Source: Mobula hypostoma
Lineage: Eukaryota
Length of the DNA: 64,000 bases
Reading direction: 5' to 3'
NCBI RefSeq assembly: GCF_963921235.1
Contig: NC_086108.1
Coordinates: forward strand, 7,316,001-7,380,000
In this document: in pieces, positions 12,359 to 23,251 of the stretch
Numbering within the stretch: position 1 is the stretch's first letter
How the letters are laid out: the number at the start of each line of letters is the position of its first letter
Program-made: the position numbers and the translations under genes
The notes under the pieces: generated by a model
What the model was told of the DNA's origin: nothing
Databases searched by the model: none
What the model saw: the letters and a program-made list of their open reading frames with translations, nothing else

Positions 12359-13510
12359 CACTGGACAAAGATTTACTTCCTGAATACCTTTGGGTGTATC
12401 TTATTGATTTTGGGCTGCTGATCATGAAAATCGCCATGAATTTTCCCTATCATGTACCAGTTTTAAAATCGCCTATATTTGTTATTTCAATTCTTAATTC
12501 AAGTCAGAGTATTTGATGCCATGTTTAAGGAAGGCATTTTTGTTGGTCCACAAATCAAACAGGTCTTCAAAGACAGGCAATTCGAAGAACTTCTACTGGG
12601 ACCAGAGAAAAATCGCATGGAAGGCATTCAAAGATTTTGCTGAAAAATTTCTTAGCAATTGCAGAGCATCAAGCTACATGCAGCTGGTTAACAACAAGCT
12701 TCAAGCATACAAAACCATCAAGTGCAACATGTCACTAAACAGTCATTTTCTGCATTCCTGTTTAGACTTCTTCCCTGCAAATCTTAGCGCTGTCAGTAAT
12801 GAGCATGGTGAAAGGTTTCACCAAGACATTGCGGTCATAGAGAAACGGTATCAGGGCAACTGGACTCCATCAGTGCTGGCTGATTATTGTTAGGGATTTA
12901 AGCCCAAACTCTCAGACACTGAGTACAAATGAACATAGTCAACAAAACATTTTTAGCTTAGTTGAACTATTGCAAAGGGTCAGCACCGTTATGTAATTAA
13001 ACATACTATATTCAGTAAGTTAATTTCTTGTCTCGCCAAATTCCTGCATGAAACTATAAACAAGAAAAAGATCTGTAGATGCCGGAAATTAAAGTAATAC
13101 ACAGGAAATGCCGGAGGTACTCAGCAGGCCAGGCAGCATCTATGGAAAAGAGTAATAGTTGACATTTTGGGCCGAGGGCCCCATCGGGAATGGAAAAAGG
13201 AGTTAGACTAAGGTGGTGAGGGGAGGGGAGAAAATAGTACATGGTAGTGAGTGATAGGTGGAACTGGGGAAGGGGGGAAGGGAGGAGGGGGGAAGAGCTG
13301 GGAAGTCAACTGGTGAAAATCCTCCTCCTTCCCTTTCTTCCATGGTCTTCCGTCCTTTCCTTTCAAATTCCCCCTTCTCCAGCCCTGTACCTCTTCCACC
13401 AGTCGATTTCCCAACTCTTTACTTCACCCCTCCCCCTCTCCTGGTTTCACCGATCACCTACTACCTTGTACTTCTTCCTCGCCTCCCCTCAACTTCTTCT
13501 CTTTTTATCT

Positions 13511-13546
13511 GGTCCTGATGAAGGGTCTCTGCCCGAAATGTCGACT
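13511..13546 (+). ncRNA. Hammerhead ribozyme motif in a PLE fragment
   Basis: GGUC-CUGAUGA-A-GGGU(CUCU)GCCC-GAAAU-GUC-GACU. Confidence 0.6.
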
Positions 13547-14342
13547 GTTTACTCTTTTCCATAGATGCTGCCCAGCCTGCCGAGTTCCTCCAGTATCTTG
13601 TGCGTCCTAAGTCTGAAATTATATTTGTGCTCAGCTTTAAGCGGTCTATCATAAACACAACAAAAATTCTGAGGAAGCAACACATTGGAAAAAATGTTTT
13701 GCCCAGTATAATCTATATCCTGCATGTTGTCTGTACCATCATGCCATGATGCTGGTGTTCACGTACCTGTACCTCACTAACCATCAGTGTTGAGTGTTCG
13801 CTCAGTGGAAGAGACAAGCTGACAACTGTGGCTGCACAAGTGCATGATGAAGAACTCCTGTGAACACAGCTCTAGTACAATCATCAATCTACAGCAGGGG
13901 TTCACAACCTGGAGTCGATGGACCCATCCTGTAGTGGTAAAACATGTTGGAATCCCTGACCTATAGGACATGACACTCAGGCGCTTGGGCTATGTTATTT
14001 TTTAAAAATATAACTGTATGCTCTACTGCAATTGTAATTAAGTGTGCTTTATGTGCTTTGTTCTGTGTGTAACCTTTTGTACTATGTTTTGTACCTTGGT
14101 CCCAGAGGAATTCCGTTTTGTTTGGCTATATACATGCATATGGTTGAATGAGAAGTTTAGATAGGTACATGGATGGCAGTGGTATGGAGGGCTATAGGCC
14201 CAGTGCTGGTGAATAAGCAGTTTAAATGGTTCGGCACAGACTAGATGGGCCAAAGGGCCTGTTTCTGTGCGTACTTTCCAAGACTCTACGACAATTGAAC
14301 TTGAATTTGTACTGATGCACAGAACGATGCACCCCACCTTAC

Positions 14343-14651
14343 CTTTACTCTTCTGTCCTGCAGTGAAACTCCAGTGGGAACTCCTCCGTCCATCCCACCC
14401 CCTCCTCGGCCTCCACGGCCCCTCCTGCCTCGACCTCTCCGCTCCCCCTCGGGGCCGGCGAAACCTCGCGAGTTCGGCGTGGAACGGTCAGTGCGCAGCG
14501 TCCTGTCAGGCCGGCCGCTGGGAGAGCTGTAGTGGGCGGTCTGGTCTACTGAGGGTCTGGGGCCGGGGGACGTGGGGCTCCCCACCCAACCCCCTCGGCC
14601 GGGTGAACCCAGACTGCTGCGAGCTTTCCTGTCATTCGTCATCCACTTCTC
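14343..14651 (-). CDS. CCDC9: CCDC9 coding exon, Gly/Arg-rich (EKWMTNDRK...GRGRRGRGGRGGGG...LQDRRVK)
   Basis: 309 nt, phase 0-0, ttcaccacag acceptor and gtaagg donor; RG-rich tract and DRRVK|EWEE junction parallel human GRGRRGRGRG...DRKSK|EWEE. Confidence 0.88.
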
Positions 14652-17429
14652 CTGTGGTGAATAAACAGGAATGTTTCAAACACAAAGTGGCAAAGAACCC
14701 TCAAAGGCAGCCTCCACTGTAAGACACACAATGACACAGGAGCAAAATTATACCATTCCACCATTCCATCATGGCTGATTTATTTCCCCTCTCAACCCCA
14801 TTCTCCTGTCTTCTCCCCATAACCTTTGACACCCTGATTAACCAAGAACCCATTAGCACGATGAGGCCACTCTCAGGTTGGAGGAGCAACACCTCATATT
14901 CCATCTGGGTAGCCTCCAACCTGATGGCATGAACATTGATTTCTCCAACTTTCAGTAATTCCTCCACCCCCCCCGCCTTTTTTCATTTCCCATTCTGGCT
15001 CCCCTCTTACCCTTTCTCTTCTCATTATCTTTCTATCACCACCCTCTGATGCCCCTCCTCCTTCCCTTTCTCCCACTCACCTCTCCGATCAGAAAACACC
15101 TTCTTCAGCCTTTTACCTCAAACCCATCACCTTCCAGCTTCTTACTTCAGCCCCCACCCAGCTTCACTTATCACCTGCCAGCTTGTACTCCTTCCCCTCC
15201 CTCCCTTATTCTGGCTTCCCCTCCCTTCATTCCCAATGAAAAATCTCGTCCCGAAATGTCAATTGTTTATTCCCCTCCAACGATGCTGCCTGACCTGCTG
15301 AGTTCCTCCAGCATTTTGTGTATGTTATTCCGGATACCTAGATTCTGCAGAATTCCTTGAGTTTAAGAATTATCAACCTCTGCTTTAAATGTACCCAATG
15401 ACCTGGCCTCCACAGCCCTCTGTGGTGATGAGTTCCAGAGATTTGCCAGCCTCTGACTAAAGGAATCCCTCCTCTTCTCTGTTCTAAAAGGACCTTTCTC
15501 CTACTCTGAGGTTGTGTCCTCTGGTCCTGGACTTCCCTACTAGGAACCATCCTCTCCACATCTACTCTATCGAAGCCTTTCGATATTCAACAGGTTTCTG
15601 AGAGATTACCCCCTCAATCTTCTAAACTCCAGTGAGTACAGGCCCAAAGCCATTAAATGCTCCTCATATGATAATCCTTTCATTCCTGGGATCTTTCTAG
15701 AAACCTTCTCTGGACCCTCTCCACCACCAGCACGTTCCTTCTTAGATAAGAGGCCCAAAACTACTCACAATAGTCCAAATGTGTCTGACCAATGCCTTAC
15801 AAAACCTCAACATTACATCCTTGTTCTTATATTCCAGTCTTGTTGAAATGAATGCTAACATTGCATCTGCCTTCCCCACTAATGATTCAAGCTGCAAATT
15901 AACCTTTACACCTCCAGTTTCTGAATTTGCTCCCCAGCTATGCCTTTATTCCTTCTACCAAAGTGCATGGCCACACACATCTGTACTCTACGTTCCATCG
16001 GGCAAGATGTGTGCCCAGGATGGTGGAATGTATAGCCACAACCCGCTGGAGGAACTCAGCCAGTGGAGACGTCTCAGTGGAGGGAAGAGGCCAGCAGACA
16101 TTTCGTGTTGAGACCTTTCCTGTAGGCTGAAATATAGAGGGGATAGAGCACTACTTGTTCAGAGGGAGGCAGGAACTGTGACGTCCCTGGAATGTAAGAG
16201 AACAAGGGAAGATTTGATAGAGGAAGCCAAAATCATGAGGGGTCTATGTAGACAGGATAAATACAAGCAGGCTTTTCTCCCCTCTGAGGTTGGGTGAGAC
16301 TCGAGCTAGAGGTCATAGGTCAAGGGTGAAAGGTGAAGTTTTAAGGGGAACCCGAGGGGAGTTTCTTCGCTCAGAGGGTGGTGAGAGTGTGGAACGAGCT
16401 GTCAGAGAGAAAGTGATTCAATTCCAACGTTTAAGAGCTATTAGGACAAGTACATGGATGGGAGGAATATTGAGAACTCTGGCTCAACCGTTTGTTTATT
16501 GAGATACAGCATGGATACACCCCTTCCAGCCCTTTGAGCCACACCGTCTAGTAATCCCCGATTTCATCCCTGCCTAGTCACGGGACAACTTACAACAACC
16601 AATTGACCTACCAACCGGTACGCCTTTGAATGGTGAGAGGAAACCTGGGCACCCAGGGAAAACCCACGCGGACATGAGGAGAACGTACAGGCAGCAGCAG
16701 GGATTGAACCCGGGTCTCCTGTACTGTAAAGTGTCATGCTAACCACTACGCTACCATGCAGATCAACAGGACTAGGCAGAATAATGGGGTCAGCACAGAC
16801 TCGATGGTCCAAAGTGCCTCTTCCTGTGCTCTAAGGCCCTATGACCCTACGAGCTGCTCACCTCACTAGGGAAGAGCACGACCTAAAACACCTCCTTCCA
16901 GATCAGCACGAGGCCGTGGCCTGCTGCCCAACGAGGAACCTTTCCATTGGACACAGAGTGCTGGAGGAACTCGGCAGGTCAGACAGCATTTCCAATTGAG
17001 ATTCTAGAAGTTCCTCTCCATTTTTATAGTCATAGAAAACAACAGCACAGAAACAGGCCATTCAGCCCATCTAGTCAGTGCTGAACCATTTAAACTGCCT
17101 ACTTCCATTGACCAGTGCCCACCATGCCCCTCCCATCCATGTATCTATCCAAACTTGTCTTAAACGTTGATATTGAATTCGCACCCATCACTTGATAAAA
17201 AAAATTAACATTTCAAGATAGTTTAACGTCACTTCCAGTACACAAGTAGAAGGGAGAAAGAAATAACCATCATTCTGGATCTGATGCAGCACAAGTAAAA
17301 ACACAGCAAGATAAAGAACACAATAATTTTTTTAAAACTTATATAAATACATGAGATAGCTGGAAACGGAACAGAAGGTTGGCAGTTCAGGTTGGCTGCA
17401 TGTTTGTGGAATTATTTGCTGAGACTGGA

Positions 17430-18270
17430 GGTCAGGTCACAAACATTTCACCACCATTCGAGGTGACATCATCAGCGCGCAATTGAGTGTTGTTTCTGCC
17501 GAGTGCTTGAGTTTATATTGGTCCGACTCGTTCTTCTGATTGGTAGGCTGTCACACTGGTCACTGGCCTCCGCCGGGATAGCTGAGTGACCTCTGCTGGC
17601 CCGTATCCCTGGTTATCGCTCGATATGAGCGCTGGTTCCGCGGGTGTCCGCAGCTCATCCCTCAGTCCCGATCCTGCAGACACAGCCGTTCATAAATTGC
17701 ATCCAGGTCAATATGTTTGTTAATAGAATCTTCTGTTGAGAACCAAGCTCCTAAGAATTCTCTTGATTTCCTGTTTTGTGCTTCAGCCAGGATTTTCGTA
17801 GTTTCCCTAGATGAACTTGTGTCCTTCTTGCGCTTCCTGAGTGACAAGAGGTCTACAAAACGACAAAAATCCTGACCGAAGCACAAAACATGAAAACAAG
17901 AGAATTTTTTTTTTTTTTTCTTTTAAAAAAAGCTTGGTTCTTAACAGAAGACTCTATTAACAAGCATATTGAACTGGACACAATTCACGAACCGATGCGT
18001 CTGCTGGGATCAGGGCAGAGGGGTGAGCCGTGGGCACCCGTGGAACCAATGCTCACAACGAGCGATAACCAGGGGTACGGGGCCAGCAGAGACAACTTAG
18101 CTATCTGGTTGGCCAGGACCCAGCAGAGACTAGCAGCCAGCACAACAGCTAACAAACCAGAACAAAAAGTCTGAACGATATAAGCTCGAGCACTTGGCAG
18201 AAACAACATTCAACTGGGCACTGATAATGTCACTCTGACTGGTTACAAAACGTTTGGGACATGACCTTCA
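17430..18270. mobile_element. Second PLE family, inverted pair of 3' ends
   Basis: opposite-strand ORFs 17662-17886 and 17890-18174 both contain AWF.TEDSINKHI.LD.I.E (end of a GIY-YIG-type ORF); hammerhead-like motifs in both arms. Confidence 0.65.
17438..17480 (-). ncRNA. Hammerhead-like motif, second PLE family
   Basis: GCGCG-CUGAUGA-U-GUCACC(UCGAAU)GGUGGU-GAAAU-GUU-UGUG. Confidence 0.5.
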
Positions 18271-18350
18271 GGCTCAGTGAGCAAACATAAGGTAGTTTAT
18301 AAACATAGAATTATTGATCTGCAACAGAGAGCAAGGAGACGTTTACTCAC

Positions 18351-18494
18351 AGGGAGGGGTCGACTGAGATCACCAGCCACCACCGGGACTCCTTTCCCAT
18401 TCTGCCTACGGTCATACTCCGCCTCATATTTGGGTCTCCGGGTGGTCACAGAGATGCCGTCTTCTTCTGCCTTCTTCCGGTCTTCTTCAATTTC
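18351..18494 (-). CDS. CCDC9: CCDC9 coding exon (EIEEDRKKAEEDGISVTTRRPK...DLSRPLP)
   Basis: 144 nt, phase 0-0, tag acceptor and gtgagt donor; matches human EIEEDRKKAELEGVAVT. Confidence 0.92.
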
Positions 18495-19224
18495 CTATCG
18501 CAACAACGGTAGCATTGTGGTTAGCACGACACTATACAGCTCGGGGCATTCGAGTCCGGGGTTCCTATCTGACATCGTTCCATAGGGAGTCTCTGTTCGT
18601 CCTCCCCGTGGAACGTGTGGGGTTACCTCCCACAGTCCAAAGATATACCAGGTAAGTTAACTGTCATTGTAAACTGCCCCCTGATTAGGTTAGGGTTAAT
18701 TGGGGTTGCTGGGGGAGCATGAATCTAAGGGCCAGAAGGGCCTACTCCAGATGAATCACTAAATAATAGAAATATAGTATGCTTGGGTGGTGGAGTGGAG
18801 ATTGGTGGGCCGAGTGGAGATATGTCTCTACCAAAGGAGGTGTAAGGTGCTCTTTCCTTTGGCTAGTCTGCAGGTCATCCTTGGGCAAGGTGTAGCACCT
18901 GCTTAGCACCCCCTCCCCACCACCACTATCGGGATCATGTGAAGCCACTGTTGTAGGTGGTGGATGGTCGTATGAGCAGTTGGTGCATATCACAAGCCCT
19001 GGTTATGTGACCACTGAGGCCAGGCAGATAATCGCTGAAGAGTATTGATCATGGCTGGGGATCACCTGTCTTGTAGAGACACTGCCCAGAAGAAGGCAAT
19101 GGCAAACCACTGCTACAGAAATATTTGCCAAGAACAACCATGGTCATGGAAAGACCATGACGCGGCACATAATGACGATGTCATACGACACTGCGCACAA
19201 TGATGACCATGATAGCATGCCATA

Positions 19225-19503
19225 TCAGGGATTAACTCCACCATGGACATTCCTAAGCCTGACCGAGAAAGGAGAAGGGTTGGGCATAGGCTAGCAAAGC
19301 CATCCCGTAAAAAACCCAGAGCCACAGGAATGGCAACAGAAACTCCCAAGGTCTCATTCCTGGCAGAGGAAGGATCTTCACCAAGAAGAAATATGATGGG
19401 CTACACCTGAGGGCAACATGTAAGACTGGATGAAGACAGAAGACCCTGGGTGAGCTGCCGTCGGCAACCTATGCCCCAGTAGGAGTGCTGGGCGTAAGTA
19501 GTA
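19225..19503 (+). mobile_element. Short non-autonomous RTE-derived element (5' end joined to 3' tail)
   Basis: gggttggg...ggctagcaa..catcccgtaaaaa RTE-like 5' segment joined to cctatgccccagtagg...taagta RTE-like tail. Confidence 0.6.
19232..19284 (+). ncRNA. Degenerate twister (type P1-like) ribozyme motif
   Basis: UAA-CUCC-ACC...UCCUAAGCC...AAA-GGAG-AAGGG; P2 CUCC/GGAG and the UCCUAAGC loop retained, P4 eroded. Confidence 0.5.
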
Positions 19504-21309
19504 TCATAGGTCAACTTAATTTCCCATATGCAAAGGTTCATTTCAAAGTTTCAAAGGTTAACTTTATTGTAAAAGTATGCATGTACAATAGAACTCTGAT
19601 ATTTGTCTTCTCCAGGTAGCCAAGACATACAAAAACTATGGGAGTTGTTGAAAAGCCATCACTACACCCCCTACAAACTCACATACCCCAAAACACCCCA
19701 CCCCCTCTCTCACACTAAAAACTAAACAGATTGCCCACACCCCACCCCAAAAACCCGGCCCCCTCCCTCACAACAAAAAACAGCGATGATAACGTTTACA
19801 TCTTTTAGGAATTAGCTGCGGTGTGTTGGACATGCAATAAAAAACAACATTCGACAAATATAACAAACAACGAAATAAATTAAAATAGCCAAGAGGTTAA
19901 AGTACGAATATGGAATAAAATGTATGTAAATACCAGCCTGAAGAAATTCAATATTACATTTAAAAACTGGGAAGGAAGTGCGCTCAGTAGATACACCTGG
20001 AGGAAATCTGTTCCAGAGGGAGCTGTGTTACATGAGAGCGACCTCCACTGTACCGCAGAGGACAAGCGGCAGCTGTGAAGTGAACAACCAAAAGCCCCAA
20101 CCGCTGACTGAAGCCACCACTTACTCTTGCCTACACTGCACCAGAATGTGTAGATCCCAGATCAACCTCCACAGCCACCTGAGGACCCACCAATAGACAA
20201 CCCCTTGGTCCCAAGATTGTTCTCCTAAGCCTTAGGAGATCATACTCGACTCAGGTGATCGCACTACTAATAATAAGTAGAAGCTTTGGCAAAGAAGAGC
20301 AGGCTGGTTCTCAAACACAAAAGACCTTGCAGATGCTGGAAACCCAGAGTAACACACACACAAAAATGTTGGAGGAACTCAGCAGGTCAGGCTGCATCTA
20401 TGGAGGGGACTAAAGAGCCAACTTTTCAGGCCGAGACCCAAGTCCTGATAGAGGGTCTCGACCCGAAACATAGGCTCCTTACTCCTCTCCTGGATGCTGC
20501 CTGACCTGTGGAATTCCCCCAATATTTGTTATGCAGGTGTGTGTTATCCAAGCAGGTTTTCTCTCCGGAGTGGGGGGGGGAGGTGTGGGCCCCACTCAAA
20601 TGAAATTAGGTTAAAAGATAGATAATTTGATTTGCATATTAGTATTAATGGCAGCTTGCACGCAGAGTGCCTGCTACATTTTCAACACTACCCGTCAGCT
20701 GCCAGATGTGCTGGGATATCCGGGAGCTTGCGCCGGCTTCCCTTCCCACTGCCGGCGCACAACAGCAAGCACCACAGTTGCTTCATCACCAAGTAAGCAC
20801 TCTGGGTGGAGCCCTGCTCCCGGGGTTAGGTGACGAGCCAGGCACAACTCGGCCCTCGTCCCACTCACCCTTGTTGGACGTTAAGATCTTAATTCCAAGC
20901 TTTTAGTTTATTTTAGAACACAAACATACAAATACTAAGCAAACTAAATAGAGGGCTGAGAACCAACACTAAGGGGTGTATGGCTGCAAAGGCAAAGGAA
21001 TAAAGAAGCCAAGATGGTACCCCTGAAAAATCCATCACTTTTATAGGTAAGGGAAATTCCTTAGATAGGAATAAACTCGTTAATAAGTTACATAATTACA
21101 AGAAATGGGTAATGTGCTGATACTTAACCAATGAAAAATGAGAAAGGTGATAAACCGTTAGTTTAGCTGCTATACCGCTTTCTGACAGTGAGTGTGAAAA
21201 ATACACGAGTTTGTTAAAAAGTACAAATCTTATAAAATGTATTATTTTAAAAAAACAGTGGTTGCCTACACTGCTGAGGGCTGTAAGACGGCTGCCAGCT
21301 CTGCCTCAC

Positions 21310-21420
21310 CTGATGTCTCCTCATCAGGGCCTCGTTCTTCTTCCTCAGAGCTTCAATCCTCCGGTCCAGCTCTGCATCCTGCTCCTCGCGGCTCTTTAGG
21401 TTGGGGTCCACAGCGGCCGA
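21310..21420 (-). CDS. CCDC9: CCDC9 coding exon (SAAVDPNLKSREEQDAELDRRIEALRKKNEALMRRHQ)
   Basis: 111 nt, phase 0-0, strong pyrimidine tract + cag and gtgagg donor; matches human LKSKEEKDAELDKRIEALRRKNEALIRRYQ. Confidence 0.95.
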
Positions 21421-23196
21421 CTGAGGGGAGGAAGGGGAAAAGTATCAAGGATCGTGTGAGAGCGTGGAGCAGGGAATTGGGACTCAGGAACATGATACAG
21501 ATATGATCAAAGTTCAAACTAAATTTTATTATCAAAGTACTTACCCTAATGCCACCATATACAACCCTGAGATTCAATTTCGTGTGGGCATACTCAATAA
21601 ATCTATAGAAAAATAACCATAACAGACTGCCCAACTAGGGCATTCAACTATGTGCAGTGTGATGGAATTAAAGGTAGTTTTCTTCGCGAAAAAAAAACAA
21701 CAAACAATTACACATCCCTCCAGAAGTTCCAGGAGTCACCCTCATACCCAACTTTATCATGCACAGAAGTACAACATCCCTCATTGTTGGAAACTTAGAT
21801 TAAGTTACCCCAAGGCCTACTTTGGAGTATTGTGTGCAGTTCTGGCCACCTATCTGCAGGAAAGATACCAATAAGATTGAAAAAGCACAAGAGAATAAAC
21901 TATAATGATGTAGCTAACATGTGAGGACCTAAGCTATAGGGAAAAGTTGAACAGGTTTGGACTGGAGCGTAGGAGAACGAGGGGAGATTTGATGATCTCA
22001 CTTTAAGGACTCTTTATCTCATTACCTCATGTACTCATTATTTATTGCTATTTACTTATTCACACAGTTTGTTGTCTTCTGCACTCTGGTTGATCTTTCA
22101 TTGATCCTGCTATAGTTACTATTCTATAGATTTACTGAGTATGCCCACAGAAAAATGAATCTCAGGGTTGTATATGGTGACATCTGTGTACTTTGATAAT
22201 AAATTTGCTTTGAACTTTTTGAAGGTTAATGTTTGACTACCATATCAAATTGAAAGGCACTGACTAGAAGTGAACTTCAATTGATGCAAAAAAAGAAAAA
22301 CTTAAAACATTACATAGCATAATGATGAGTTGCAGTACAGGAAGCAGACAAAGAATTTAGTGACATGGTGTCCTGACAACAACCTTTCTCTCAATGCCAA
22401 CGAAACCAATGATCTGGTCATTGAGTTCGGAAAGGGAGGTGGTGCACATGCTCCTGTCTACATCGGTGGTGCTGAGGTCGAGAGCTTCAAGTAGCCAGCA
22501 TTACCAACAGCCCGTCCTGGTCCAACCACCCTGATATCAAAGCAAGAAAACTCAAACACCTCTACTTCCTCAAGAGGCTAAAGAAATTTGGCAAGACCTC
22601 GTCGACCTTTACTGATTCTTATCACTATGCCATAGAAAGCATTCTGGCTAGATGCGTAATGGCTTGGTATAGCAACTTCCTCCATTCGTGACTACAAGAC
22701 ACTGCAGAGTTGTGAACACAGCTCAGTAGCCTCGTCTCCATGGACTCTGTCCACGCTTAACCAGCCTCTCGTCCATGGACTCTGTCTGTACTTCTTGCTG
22801 CCTCAGTAAAGCAGCCAGCATAAAGACCCCAGCCACCCCAGACTTTCTCTCTTCTCCCTTCTGCCATCTGTCAGAAGTACAAAATCCTGAAAACACAGTC
22901 CACCAGGATCAAGGACAGCTCCTACCCCCCGTTATCAGGATGCGGAAAGGACCTCTTGGATAAGATGGACCCTTGGCCTCACAATCTACCTCATTATGAT
23001 CTTGCATTTTACCGATTACCTGCACTGCACTTTCTTTGTAGCTTTTACTTTATATTGCTTTATCTTGTTCTACCTCAATGCACTGTGTAATGATCTGGTC
23101 TGTGTTAACAGTGTGCAAGACAAGCTTTTCACTGTATCTTGGTAGGTGTATTAACGATAAGCCATACTCAATACAAAAGAGTTTTTGTGCACTTAC

Positions 23197-23251
23197 CATC
23201 CTGGTCAGCTGGGCAAGATCAACTTACAGCGAGCTATCTTCTCTGTAACTC
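23197..23251 (-). CDS. CCDC9: CCDC9 exon: 52 nt 5' UTR ending in the ATG start codon (23199-23197)
   Basis: tttcctgcag acceptor, ATG|gtaagt donor, in-frame upstream TAA; supplies Met in phase 0 to the 21310-21420 exon. Confidence 0.8.

Larger units (their letters stand above)
10958..13708 (+). mobile_element. Chapaev3-type (CMC) DNA transposon remnant containing a captured host segment and a nested PLE fragment pair
   Basis: cactggacaa terminus, TAA flanks at 10955-57 and 13709-11; ORF 12513-12893 HFLHSCLDFFPANLSAVSNEHGERFHQDI..EKRYQG..LADYC; second 5' terminus at 12359. Confidence 0.75.

Noticed and set aside
20872..21187. Possible solo LTR (TG...CA, minus-strand TATA and AATAAA); similar hint at ~38870-39182
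   Set aside because: No TSD, second copy or internal sequence to support it
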